A stretch of DNA of 64,000 nt from Elainellaceae cyanobacterium (GTDB lineage: Bacteria; Cyanobacteriota; Cyanobacteriia; CAZCXK01). Of the stretch, positions 1 to 9,415 are shown piece after piece. Numbering within the stretch: position 1 is the first letter of the stretch; each line of letters starts with the position of its first letter. The translations under genes and the position numbers were made by a program. The stretch is taken from the NCBI GenBank assembly GCA_051117555.1, contig JBNPEG010000086.1, positions 1-64,000 of the forward strand, in the 5' to 3' direction. Below the pieces are notes generated by a model. That model had not been told where the DNA came from, ran no database searches, and worked only from the letters and a program-made list of their open reading frames with translations.

Positions 1-154
1 TTCTCATTGAGATGCGGCAAAATCGTGAGTAGTTTTTGGGCAAGCGGATCGTCATCTGTCATGAATCAATAGTAGATCCATTTGACCTGAAAGATGTAAA
101 AGTTATTTCTTTACGAGTCCTTAGTGTAATTAGGTGAGCTAGAGAGAAAAACCA

Positions 155-2539
155 TCACTGGCATTGGTCAGCCGATAACTCTTCAAGGGCAGACCCTGCC
201 CCATCTGGTGAAGATTGAGCGATCCAACCTGTAAATCCGCCGTAGATTGAGACTTCGATAAACACCTGCCCATCAGCTTGCTGAGTGGTCGGCGGATTGG
301 TCGAGGCATAGGCAATGTCGTTTTTGTTGTAAGCGCCTGCTACTGCCGCAGAAGATGAGGGTTCGGCATATACCGTTAAGGGGCGATCGACCTGGAAGCA
401 AATGGGAGTGCTGGATGCCGTGTTCGCTTCAGCCGTGGGGGTTGGAGATGTGCCGTTATTCGCACCGGCGTCGGCTGGAGTAGACTGCTCTGTCGCACTC
501 AAAGGCAGGAGAAAGTCGGGCTTTAGATCCTCAGTGCAGCTGGTATTAAGCTCCTGGTCAGGGTCACTTACAAACGCCACGCCAATATCTTTAGCGCATT
601 CGGAATCTTTCGTGACACCATGACCCGTGTTGGGCAGCTCCACATAGGTGCCATTGGAGAGTCCCGTCATTACCTGCGACCCCACGACCGTCGTCGTCGG
701 TGCGTCATAGCGCCCTTGCAAGACCAGGGTGGGAATGTCGCTTTCGACAGCCTCAAAGGGGCGATCGCGATAGGACTCAACAGGCCAGTTTTCGCAAATG
801 GTATAAGCCTCAATGGCATCGTGATAACGACTGGCACCCATCTGAGGCAGCTCTAAGCTAGCCAAAGCCGCATCCGTTTCGGCGCGTTCACTAAAGGGGC
901 GAATGTCTTGACAGGCCACACTCCAGAACATGCCCTGGGTCGCACCATTGTCAATGGGGACGAGTTGTTCGGTGACATCGGAGACCACCTCATACACATG
1001 GCGCACTTCGGTGTCAGCCATGTCGTTGACAGCGGCGCTGAGAGACTGCGCCTCCTCTCCTTCAAAGTTTTCGTCTACAAACGCGAGTAGGGTGGCGCGA
1101 TCGCGCGGCATTCCAGACTGATATCCCACCCCTAAGAAGTTGGCCACCACCCGCAGCTGCTCCATTTGGGGAAGCTGCAACGCAAGGGTTTGCACCTGGT
1201 TTGACCACTGAGTAGCAGGACGCTCTTGTTCCGCCTGAAGGAGCTGTGTTGCCAGCAGTTTTTGCGCCTCAAGTTGTAATTCTTCAGCCCGAATGCGGTA
1301 AGTGAGGGCTGGATTGACCAACTCTTCAGACTCTTCTGGCTCTTCTGGTTCTGCCTGGGTTGGCAGATTGTCCGACAGGATAGCCTCATAGGTAGTGGTG
1401 ATGCCCTGCTCTAGCTCATCGATCATTCGCGGCACGTAGGGCGATAATTTCTGAGGGAAATTGTTTAGGAAGTCCATGATCATGATGATCTGATCGGGCG
1501 TAACGCTGTCGATCAGAGTATCGGGTTCGATAGGACTGGGGATAGGACTGGACAGGGGAACAGGGCTGGTCTCTAACTGCTCTAGCAGAGCAACGGTGCG
1601 CGCTTTCAGGTTTGGATAGGCAGCCCGACAGGCGGCATCGGCGTCACAGTCTTCAATCAGGTTCAGCAAGACCACTTCGTGATCTTGCACCCAGGCTTCG
1701 TAGATTTTGACCTGTTGAGGTAGGGTCGAGTCGAGTACGACGCTGCGCAGGCGATCGGGATAGTCGCGCATTACTTGCTGGGCCAGATAAGTCCCGTAGG
1801 ATGTGCCGTAGAGATTGATTTTGTCGTAGCCCAGAGCTGTGGCCAGAGTCACCACATCCTGAGCGTTGTTCGCCGTGTTGTACTGACTCAGATCGGCACC
1901 GTGAGCTTCTAACAGTTGTCCACATAGAGCCATGTAGGCATATTTGAACAGGTCATCTTCCGAAGCCTCAGGATACTTTGCCCTGAATCTGTCTAGCAGC
2001 GAATCAATCTGACCGAAATATTCACTCTCCTGATTGCTAAAAATATTCGATACGACATAGGAAACAGGCGCACAGCCCAGGCGGTTGGAATACTCTGTGC
2101 CCCGTTGGTCAAACAAAACTACGTCGCGGGTGCGTCGATGTCCTGCAAATCTCTCACCCCAGCCAATTGGGGCATAAACGCTGCCGCCTCCAGGCCCCCC
2201 AGCCAGATAAATCACCGGGTCGGGAGCGGGGGAAAGGCTCTGACTGTAGAGCACCGCATAGGTCAGCTCAATCTGGCGACCATCGGGTTCATCGTAGTTT
2301 TCGGGGACGGTGACAATGCCGCAGTCATAGGTTTCGCCCTTGACTTCATCGATGCCAACAACCACAGAGGGGCAAGGAATTTCAGTCGCTGAGCCGTTGG
2401 TTTCATTGCCTGAAGCTTGGGCTAGGGTTTCAGGAGCCGTATCGCTACTGTTTGCTTGAGTACTTGTACAGGCTTGGGAAAATAGACAAGTGGCGATCGC
2501 CAACGCAGCAAACGGTAAACGCTTTCGAATGAGATGCAT
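155..2539 (-). CDS. Secreted lipoprotein alpha/beta hydrolase (TAP-like/peptidase S33) with probable C-terminal SH3-like domain
   Basis: Signal peptide with lipobox (FSQAC); GGPGG, DQRG and GTSYG nucleophile motifs; RYDAPT Asp and GHG His; C-terminal segment ending GWI after an S/T/P linker. Confidence 0.85.
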   Translation of the reverse strand: MHLIRKRLPFAALAIATCLFSQACTSTQANSSDTAPETLAQASGNETNGSATEIPCPSVVVGIDEVKGETYDCGIVTVPENYDEPDGRQIELTYAVLYSQSLSPAPDPVIYLAGGPGGGSVYAPIGWGERFAGHRRTRDVVLFDQRGTEYSNRLGCAPVSYVVSNIFSNQESEYFGQIDSLLDRFRAKYPEASEDDLFKYAYMALCGQLLEAHGADLSQYNTANNAQDVVTLATALGYDKINLYGTSYGTYLAQQVMRDYPDRLRSVVLDSTLPQQVKIYEAWVQDHEVVLLNLIEDCDADAACRAAYPNLKARTVALLEQLETSPVPLSSPIPSPIEPDTLIDSVTPDQIIMIMDFLNNFPQKLSPYVPRMIDELEQGITTTYEAILSDNLPTQAEPEEPEESEELVNPALTYRIRAEELQLEAQKLLATQLLQAEQERPATQWSNQVQTLALQLPQMEQLRVVANFLGVGYQSGMPRDRATLLAFVDENFEGEEAQSLSAAVNDMADTEVRHVYEVVSDVTEQLVPIDNGATQGMFWSVACQDIRPFSERAETDAALASLELPQMGASRYHDAIEAYTICENWPVESYRDRPFEAVESDIPTLVLQGRYDAPTTTVVGSQVMTGLSNGTYVELPNTGHGVTKDSECAKDIGVAFVSDPDQELNTSCTEDLKPDFLLPLSATEQSTPADAGANNGTSPTPTAEANTASSTPICFQVDRPLTVYAEPSSSAAVAGAYNKNDIAYASTNPPTTQQADGQVFIEVSIYGGFTGWIAQSSPDGAGSALEELSADQCQ

Positions 2540-2569
2540 GGGATATTCAATGCTCCTGGGTTTGTTTGT

Positions 2570-3064
2570 TTAATCCAATAAAAAGATAAGCAAAGTTGTT
2601 TCACCTGATTTACGGCGACCCACGACCAAAACACCAGACATGGCTGCACCATCGCCAATGGTGTAGATTGCCAAATTCGTGACCGTTGCATCGTCATAGG
2701 CATCTGATAGAGCTCGATGTGCAGCTTCGGCATTATCAACCGTTAATATCATCGACAAAGACAGTGCAGCATCGGAGACAGAAATGGCCTGCATTTCGGC
2801 AACAATCTGACGAGAAGTATCAGGTAACCGCCGATACACTACTTTCCAGGGAGCCATCCATGCGGCTTCTCCCCACCGCTCCCAGCGATCGCCAACAAAA
2901 TAGCGATAGGTTTTCAGCGCCACCTGATCTAACGGTTCAGGTTGATCGACTGATTCGTAGAACACAGCACTACCAAATCCTGCCTGACTTGGAGCGCCAT
3001 AAATGGCTTGCAAATCGACAACATAACCTGGGAGGTCGGACGACGAATTCAACAGAGTTGGCAT
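2570..3064 (-). CDS. Hypothetical protein
   Basis: 164-aa ATG ORF co-oriented with its neighbours, ending 30 bp before the hydrolase start. Confidence 0.7.
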   Translation of the reverse strand: MPTLLNSSSDLPGYVVDLQAIYGAPSQAGFGSAVFYESVDQPEPLDQVALKTYRYFVGDRWERWGEAAWMAPWKVVYRRLPDTSRQIVAEMQAISVSDAALSLSMILTVDNAEAAHRALSDAYDDATVTNLAIYTIGDGAAMSGVLVVGRRKSGETTLLIFLLD

Positions 3065-3102
3065 ATCTTGACCCGGTGCTGTGGCAACTGCGAGGTGACT
3101 TC

Positions 3103-3131
3103 AAAGCGCCCAGCTTGTGACTGGGCGCTTT
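3103..3131 (-). terminator. Stem-loop downstream of secreted-protein gene
   Basis: AAAGCGCCCAG-N7-CTGGGCGCTTT perfect 11-bp stem just past the stop at 3146. Confidence 0.55.
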
Positions 3132-3145
3132 AAAGCAGGCTGGAT

Positions 3146-3802
3146 TTAGCAAGGCTCTGTCGCAGGATCGCACATGGTGCTGGGGTCTTCGCCAAAGAAG
3201 ACCGGGTTAATGCTGTAGTCGTACAGAGTTTCTCCAGTGCGTTCATCAAAAATAACGATTCGCCCCGTGTCTGGAGTCAAAATAACGCGGGCATGGCCGT
3301 CACTTCCGGCATAGTCAGGGCCAGGGAGCTTGGTCAGGGTTTCGTGGAAAAAGAAGTAGTCGTCATCGATTTGGATGATGATGTGGTTGGGATCAACAAA
3401 CGTGGTGTAAGTTACCGGATTGCCAGAAGACGCATTGCTGCTCGTGGAATGGCTTAGCCCAGCCGTGTCCCAATACACGTAAATGGACTCATCGGCGAGA
3501 CGAAAAATCAGACCGCGATCGCCCAATCCAGACTGCCGATAGGCCGCGTTTCCATTTTGATCGACATAGTTACCGGGCTGATCTCCAACAGGAGCTAGGT
3601 CAAACCGCTGTCCATTCTCAAATTGAATCCCCACCGCACCCTGGCGTTGGGAGAAGGTGCAAGGCGTGACGAGAGACGCGTGATCTTCGCCACGGGGATA
3701 GACATCGCAGCGGGCATCGACGGTGTCGGCTTTGACCGCGACGGGGGCAAAAACGGCAGCAGTTGTGGCGATCGCTGAAATGATAAAAAGCTTAATTCGC
3801 AT
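3146..3802 (-). CDS. Secreted hypothetical protein, paralog 1 (ADTVxARC N-terminal domain)
   Basis: ATG at 3802 gives signal peptide MRIKLFIISAIATTAAVFAPVAVKA; N-terminal domain shared with 3885..4535. Confidence 0.75.
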   Translation of the reverse strand: MRIKLFIISAIATTAAVFAPVAVKADTVDARCDVYPRGEDHASLVTPCTFSQRQGAVGIQFENGQRFDLAPVGDQPGNYVDQNGNAAYRQSGLGDRGLIFRLADESIYVYWDTAGLSHSTSSNASSGNPVTYTTFVDPNHIIIQIDDDYFFFHETLTKLPGPDYAGSDGHARVILTPDTGRIVIFDERTGETLYDYSINPVFFGEDPSTMCDPATEPC

Positions 3803-3884
3803 GGGTTGATTGAATTTAAGTAGATCGAATGTGAAGAATACAACAGGCGGAAAAGTCCAGAACGTTTGAGAGGCGATGATTGGC

Positions 3885-4535
3885 CTATTCGCCGGCATCT
3901 TCAAAGATGATAAAATCGCTGCGAATCCAGCCCACAGCGCGAGAACGAGGAAATTGGACTTGGCACCAGTTCAAGGTGCTGTTGTAGCTATCGTGGTCTT
4001 GTACACACTGAAGAAGCTGAACGCGATCGCCCGGAATACCATATCCCTCCACCAAGGAATCAATCGTGGCTTGGCTGCGGAGGTTAATGCGCGAACCTGG
4101 ATCGCTGGCTGAGAGCGTCACAAAACCGCCATTGCCAGAGGGCCGATTAGCAACAGGAGTGCTACTAAAACTGCTGCCACCACTAGACACACCAGCAGTA
4201 TCCCAGTAGACGAAAATCCGTTCGCCCGACGTTTGGAAAATGAGGCCGCGATCGCCCAACCCTGCCTGACGATAGGCGGCATTGCCGTTTTGATCGACAA
4301 AATTTCCGGGTTGACTCCCCGATGGCGCAAAGTCGTAGCGGCGACCATTGGCTAACTGAATGCCAACGGCACCTTGGCGTTGGGAAAACGTACAAGCCGT
4401 GACCGCAGATGCCTGATCTTCGCCGAGGGGATAAATATCGCAGCGAGCATTCACCGTATCAGCATGAGCTGCCGAGTGAATGCCAACAGAGGCAATCACT
4501 GTGGCGATCGCCCAAAATGTAGTCTTAATATTCAT
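3885..4535 (-). CDS. Secreted protein, paralog 2, with C-terminal bacterial SH3 domain
   Basis: Signal peptide (AAHA); shared N-terminal domain; SH3b signature INLR...W.QV.F....GWIRSDFI. Confidence 0.8.
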   Translation of the reverse strand: MNIKTTFWAIATVIASVGIHSAAHADTVNARCDIYPLGEDQASAVTACTFSQRQGAVGIQLANGRRYDFAPSGSQPGNFVDQNGNAAYRQAGLGDRGLIFQTSGERIFVYWDTAGVSSGGSSFSSTPVANRPSGNGGFVTLSASDPGSRINLRSQATIDSLVEGYGIPGDRVQLLQCVQDHDSYNSTLNWCQVQFPRSRAVGWIRSDFIIFEDAGE

Positions 4536-4784
4536 GATTTCAGATTCGAATTTCGGTAGTTTCAGGAGTCATCGTTATTAAAGGATGAAATACTCTAGTT
4601 AAAAAAAATTTTTATGAAAATATAAGGATTGAGTTAACGTTGATTGCAAGATAAGTAGATAGCATCGTTTAATTATGGCTACCTACTTACTAGCAAAAAC
4701 CGTTTTCATTGGTTCTAAAAATATTGCAAGTTGTGAGCTTCAGGTTAAAATCAATGACTTTATAGAGACAAGATCAGTCAGTTT

Positions 4785-5169
4785 GGGAGCATGTCACTTT
4801 TGCGCCCTCACCCTAAATCCCTCTCCCAAAGCGGCTACCGTGTACACACAAGCCGGGTCTGACTTTGTTTAAGTCTTTTTCACCCCCTAAATCCCCCAAT
4901 CCTGGGGTAGGGACGATTCTCTAAGAGGAGAAAAACTATTTGAAGCTTGTAATCTCGTCAAACATCAAAATGGGGGCAACGTGATAATGCGGGTTATGAG
5001 ATTTTTCTCCGACTAATAAATCAGCCCTACCCCAAACTTGGGGGTTGGGGGGCGGTTCGCCAGTGATTTGGTTAGATTTGATCACTTGTGTGTACACAGT
5101 AGCCACGGTTGGGAGAAGGGGCTGGGGGATGAGGGGATTTCGAGAGAGTTGCAAATCTGACATGCTCCC
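4785..5169. mobile_element. MITE family A (outer element) with 8-bp target-site duplication
   Basis: Ends GGGAGCATGTCA / TGACATGCTCCC; flanked on both sides by GTCAGTTT; homologous to 38325..38463. Confidence 0.85.
4833..5104. mobile_element. Second MITE nested inside family A element
   Basis: 20-bp TIR GGCTACCGTGTACACACAAG / CTTGTGTGTACACAGTAGCC (1 mismatch). Confidence 0.8.
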
Positions 5170-5222
5170 GTCAGTTTTTTAGCATTCAGCATCGTCAACC
5201 TTTCTACTGAGGAACAGGCGAT

Positions 5223-6068
5223 ATGAGCCTTCCCCCTGAGTCATCCGATCAAAAACCTGTTTCTCCATCAACCTCAACGGCAACAGCATTGTGGATGAGA
5301 AGGGTTCGTTATCTTCTTCTCTTCAGCGGTGTCGTAGGAGGAGCGATCGCCACTCTTGCTGCCGTCATTGGATGGCGCTTTGTCAAAACTGACTTGATTG
5401 GCATTGTAGAAGAAAACCTGAGTCAAACCCTTGACCGCCCCATTGCTCTAGGGGAAATTGAGCGGATTTCTTGGACAGGTATTCAGCTTGGCGCTTCTCT
5501 CGTGCCCGCGACAGCCGACGACTTTAGCTGGCTGACAGTACAGCAAATCAATATTGATATTGCGCCGTTGCAGTTGCTTTTGCATCGCACTCTAGCCGTT
5601 GATATTACGCTGCACCAGCCGACCGTGCTTTACAGCCAGCAATGGAATGATCAGTGGTCTACACTGCCTTCAACCCCTAAAGAAAATCAGGGGCCAATCC
5701 GAACCGAAATTCATCAACTTCGAATTGAAGGAGGAATCCTCTTTGTCTCTCCTTCCACAGAAGGCTCCCAACTGCGATCGCCCATTTCATCGTCCCTCTG
5801 GTCTGAGTTGTTCATTCAAGATTTAGATGCTCAAATAGAATTTCGAGATGACCATCAAATCGTAGCGTTTGAAACGTCAGGAACCACCAATGGTCAAGGT
5901 CGGTTTGAGCTGAAAGGGGAAGCCCAAACGGATGGTTCGGCCACAAATTTAATGGTTCAGAGCCAAGAGGTTGCGATCGCCAATTTCAATGCGCTACTTC
6001 CTCCGTCTATTGCCTTGAAGGAAGGACAGATCGACGGACAGATTCAAGCCGAATTACGACGCGATCGC
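5223..6068 (+). pseudogene. Truncated TamB/AsmA-like (DUF748-type) membrane-anchored protein, N-terminal part only
   Basis: N-terminal TM helix, then LSQTLDRPIALGEIERISWTGI and beta-rich sequence typical of cyanobacterial TamB-like proteins; the tail after 6068 is read-through of unrelated duplicated DNA. Confidence 0.65.
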
Positions 6069-6304
6069 CCAATCCAGATTGCCGATAGGCCGCGTTGCCA
6101 TCTTGATCGACATAGTTACCGGGCTGATCTCCAACAGGAGCTAGGTCAAACCGCTGTCCATTTTCAAATTGAATCCCCACCACACCCTGGCGTTGGGAGA
6201 AGGTGCAAGGCATGACGAGAGACGCGTGATCTTCGCTACGGGTATAGACATCACATCGGGCATCGACAGTATCTGCTTTGACAGCGACAGGAGCAAAAAC
6301 GGCA
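6061..6304 (-). pseudogene. Partial duplicate of the secreted-protein gene (matches 3515..3758)
   Basis: Ungapped 244-bp alignment with about 16 substitutions by eye; no start codon and no C-terminus. Confidence 0.9.
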
Positions 6305-6587
6305 CGTGCGTCATGCACAGGAGCGGGTGAGCTTAGCGGTGATGGCAGTGTGGCCCGATGGACACCATGAACTGTTACATTATGAAATCGCGCTCAAGGA
6401 GGAAACCGAGGCATGGACGCAAGTGTTTGAACACCTGATTGAGCGGGGATTAGACCCCAACGGCGTAACGCTTGTCGTGAGTGATGGCTCCAGAGGATTG
6501 TTGTCTCACATTATTTTTTCTGGTGATTCAACTTGACCATGCCAAACATGACCGGAAATCGATGGCGAATAAATCGGGACACTAACC
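6305..6587 (+). mobile_element. IS256 (Mutator) family transposase remnant
   Basis: Peptide W..VF.HL.ERGL...V.LVVSDG..GL matches the IS256 DDE region; possible terminus CGGGACACTAACC ending at 6587. Confidence 0.7.
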
Positions 6588-6614
6588 AAAATCCAAAATC
6601 TAAAATCCAAAATC
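6586..6614. repeat. Heptamer tandem repeat (CCAAAAT)n, STRR-like
   Basis: ccaaaat ccaaaat ctaaaat ccaaaat. Confidence 0.7.
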
Positions 6615-6618
6615 GGTA

Positions 6619-7206
6619 TTAGTCTTGATTTCCCACCAGTCGCATGAGCACGAAAATTAACGCCACGCCTGCCAATGCTCCACCAAGATGGGCGATACGG
6701 TTCACGCCATCTTGTAAGCCGACCTGTTGCACCTCATTCAAAACTTGACTGATGACAAACTGTCCCAAAATCAGAACTTCGAGAAGTTTGCGCCAGTTCC
6801 AACTTAGTTTGATCAAGACGCTCACCGCAAACAAGCCAAATACGGCTCCCGATGCACCCAGCGAAACAATCGGTGCGGGTTGCAAAATCCAACTCAGCAC
6901 GTTGGCAGCCAATCCAGTAATCAAATAGCTAGCAATGACGCCAAATGCACCCTCTTCTTCTTCAACAATCTTGCCAAAAATGTAGAGCAAAAACAGATTG
7001 CCAGATATATGGGCCCAGTTGGCGTGGCAAAACATTGCGGTGATGAACTGATACCAGGCTGGATCTGCCTGATTAAGGTAGAGAAACCCGATTGGCACCT
7101 TGAACACATGATCCACAATAAACAGTGCCAAGTTGATTAAGATTAGAATGAAGACCCCGTTGTAGAGGGGCTGAGTTTTAGGTTCAAGCGGCTTGGTTTC
7201 AATCAT
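6619..7206 (-). CDS. Rhomboid family intramembrane serine protease
   Basis: HxxxxHxxxN, GASG and AHLGG motifs; multiple TM helices. Confidence 0.93.
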   Translation of the reverse strand: MIETKPLEPKTQPLYNGVFILILINLALFIVDHVFKVPIGFLYLNQADPAWYQFITAMFCHANWAHISGNLFLLYIFGKIVEEEEGAFGVIASYLITGLAANVLSWILQPAPIVSLGASGAVFGLFAVSVLIKLSWNWRKLLEVLILGQFVISQVLNEVQQVGLQDGVNRIAHLGGALAGVALIFVLMRLVGNQD

Positions 7207-7336
7207 GGGAGTGTCTGAGTATCACGAGTATGATGCGACGGGAGAGGTGGTTTCACTCTAATCTAGCTTTATTGTAGGAGAGCGCCATTCAACCCGTTTT
7301 TCTCCTATACCCGACAGTTCAGGACGTTCAAGATCC

Positions 7337-9379
7337 ATGCCTTACGAGCCTTTACATCACAAGTATCGTCCCCAAACGTTTGCGGAATTAGTCGGGCAAA
7401 CGGCGATCGCCACGACGCTGAGCAGCGCACTGTGCCAACAGCGGATTGCGCCTGCCTATTTGTTTACAGGGCCGCGAGGCACCGGGAAAACATCAAGCGC
7501 ACGCATTTTAGCCAAGTCACTCAATTGCCTAGCCGGAGAGGTGCCCACAGAGACTCCCTGTGGCATTTGCGACGTGTGTCGGGCGATCGCACGAGGATCG
7601 GCACTCGATGTCATCGAGATTGACGCGGCTAGCAACACAGGCGTTGACAATATTCGCGAACTGATTGAACGAGCTCAGTTTGCACCCGTGCAGTGTCGAT
7701 TCAAAGTGTATGTGATTGACGAATGCCACATGCTCAGCACGGCTGCATTTAACGCATTGCTAAAAACGTTGGAAGAACCTCCTGAGCATGTCGTTTTTGT
7801 GTTGGCAACAACCGATCCCCAGCGGGTATTGCCGACGATCATTTCCCGCTGCCAGCGGTTTGACTTTCGCCGCATCCCTCTCACCGATATGGTGCAGCAC
7901 TTGATTCACATTGTTGAGAAAGAACACATTGATATCACTGACGAGGCGGTTGAGTTAGTGGCTCAAATTTCTCAAGGCGGATTGCGAGATGCGGAGAGCT
8001 TGCTGGATCAGCTCAGTTTGCTCGACGGATGTATCACCGTCGATCGCGTCTGGGATTTGGTCGGCGCCGTGCCTGAACGCGATTTGTTGGAACTGGTCAA
8101 AGCGATCGCCACAGACAGTGGAACTGCCGTCCTCGATTGGGCACGCCATCTTATGAATCGGGGACGAGAACCGCTGATTGTGCTGCAAAATCTGGCGAGT
8201 TTTTATCGAGATTTACTCGTGGCAAAAACGGCGAGCGATCGCCGCGATCTGGTTGCCATTACCGAAACCACATGGGCAGACATGTGTGAGTTTGCTCAAC
8301 AGATGGATACGGTGACAATTTTGGCAGGGCAGCAGCACCTGCGTACGAGCGAAGCGCAGGTCAAACATACTACCCAGCCTCGCTTGTGGCTTGAAGTTAC
8401 GCTGATGGGGCTGCTGCCATCGGCGCTCAATCTATCCTCACCCGTCACAGAGACCAAATTTACAAATCCCAGATCACCTAGTCAGGCAGCCGTACCCCCA
8501 ACCGCCGGGCGATCGCCTCAGCCCGCATCTCCGACTAGCCATTCAACTGACCATCCGACTACCAAGCAGACTCCCCCAGCATCTCCCCAGCCGATCGCCT
8601 CCCCGTCCCCTCTGACTCAGCGACCTCGGCAACCTGAGCCTGCCAGATCCACCTCTCAACCGCGTGCAGAGGGTTCCAAGTCTCCTCCACCTGAGGATTC
8701 TCTACCAGCGCAGCCCGAACCCCAATCGCCCCCTAAGACAGCGCATCAAGACCTCAGCCATTTATGGCAGCAGGTGATTGAACATCTCCATCCGTTGAGC
8801 AAGGCTCTGCTTCGCGATCATGGGCACCTTGCTAGCTTTAACGGGCATCATGTCACGATTGGCATTCGTTCAAAAAATCTCCTCAAGATTGCTCAAAGTA
8901 GAATTCCAGATATTGAACAAGCCTTTCGAGCTGCGGTGTCCCAAGACGTGAGCGTGGATGTGGTTATCAGATCAGACACCCCAACCCCTGCTGAATCGTC
9001 ATCTCCAGACGAGCGATTGCCCGTCGAAGCATCTGCATCTGCTCCAGTGCCGCCCCCCCCGTTTGTATCGACGCCCGTGTCTCCTGCGGAGCCGATTACC
9101 GAAACACCGCCTCATCCAGCGTCTCAAGCAGAACCCCACCCCGCTGATCAGCCATCAACAGCGTCTGCGACAGGAGCTGACGCAGAAGAAGCCTCAAAAG
9201 CCTATGAGATACCAAGCTGGCAAGACGACGATGAAGTGTCTAAAGCAGCACGGCTGTTTGCCCAGATGTTTAACGGCGAAGTCGTTAATCTGTCTGATGA
9301 CATTGACAATGGCAAGCATCCTCAACCGCGCAATTCGTCAAACCCTCCTCCTCAGCGCGATGACGATGTGCCATTCTAA
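7337..9379 (+). CDS. dnaX: DNA polymerase III subunit gamma/tau
   Basis: KYRPQTF, GPRGTGKT, Zn-binding cysteines, EIDAAS, IDECHML and SRC motifs; DDVPF tail. Confidence 0.97.
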   Translation: MPYEPLHHKYRPQTFAELVGQTAIATTLSSALCQQRIAPAYLFTGPRGTGKTSSARILAKSLNCLAGEVPTETPCGICDVCRAIARGSALDVIEIDAASNTGVDNIRELIERAQFAPVQCRFKVYVIDECHMLSTAAFNALLKTLEEPPEHVVFVLATTDPQRVLPTIISRCQRFDFRRIPLTDMVQHLIHIVEKEHIDITDEAVELVAQISQGGLRDAESLLDQLSLLDGCITVDRVWDLVGAVPERDLLELVKAIATDSGTAVLDWARHLMNRGREPLIVLQNLASFYRDLLVAKTASDRRDLVAITETTWADMCEFAQQMDTVTILAGQQHLRTSEAQVKHTTQPRLWLEVTLMGLLPSALNLSSPVTETKFTNPRSPSQAAVPPTAGRSPQPASPTSHSTDHPTTKQTPPASPQPIASPSPLTQRPRQPEPARSTSQPRAEGSKSPPPEDSLPAQPEPQSPPKTAHQDLSHLWQQVIEHLHPLSKALLRDHGHLASFNGHHVTIGIRSKNLLKIAQSRIPDIEQAFRAAVSQDVSVDVVIRSDTPTPAESSSPDERLPVEASASAPVPPPPFVSTPVSPAEPITETPPHPASQAEPHPADQPSTASATGADAEEASKAYEIPSWQDDDEVSKAARLFAQMFNGEVVNLSDDIDNGKHPQPRNSSNPPPQRDDDVPF

Positions 9380-9415
9380 TAGCTGCCGCCGTCACCACTC
9401 TCGCGACTCAATTCG

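Noticed and set aside
3803..3904. N-terminal extension of ORF 3146..3904
   Set aside because: Overlaps the upstream gene; ATG 3802 gives a clean signal peptide matching the paralog
6069..6215. C-terminal part of the 330-aa ORF as a real domain
   Set aside because: It is antisense read-through of the duplicated secreted-protein fragment
7337..9379. Intein in dnaX, as in some cyanobacteria
   Set aside because: IDECHML is uninterrupted; the extra length is a Pro-rich linker
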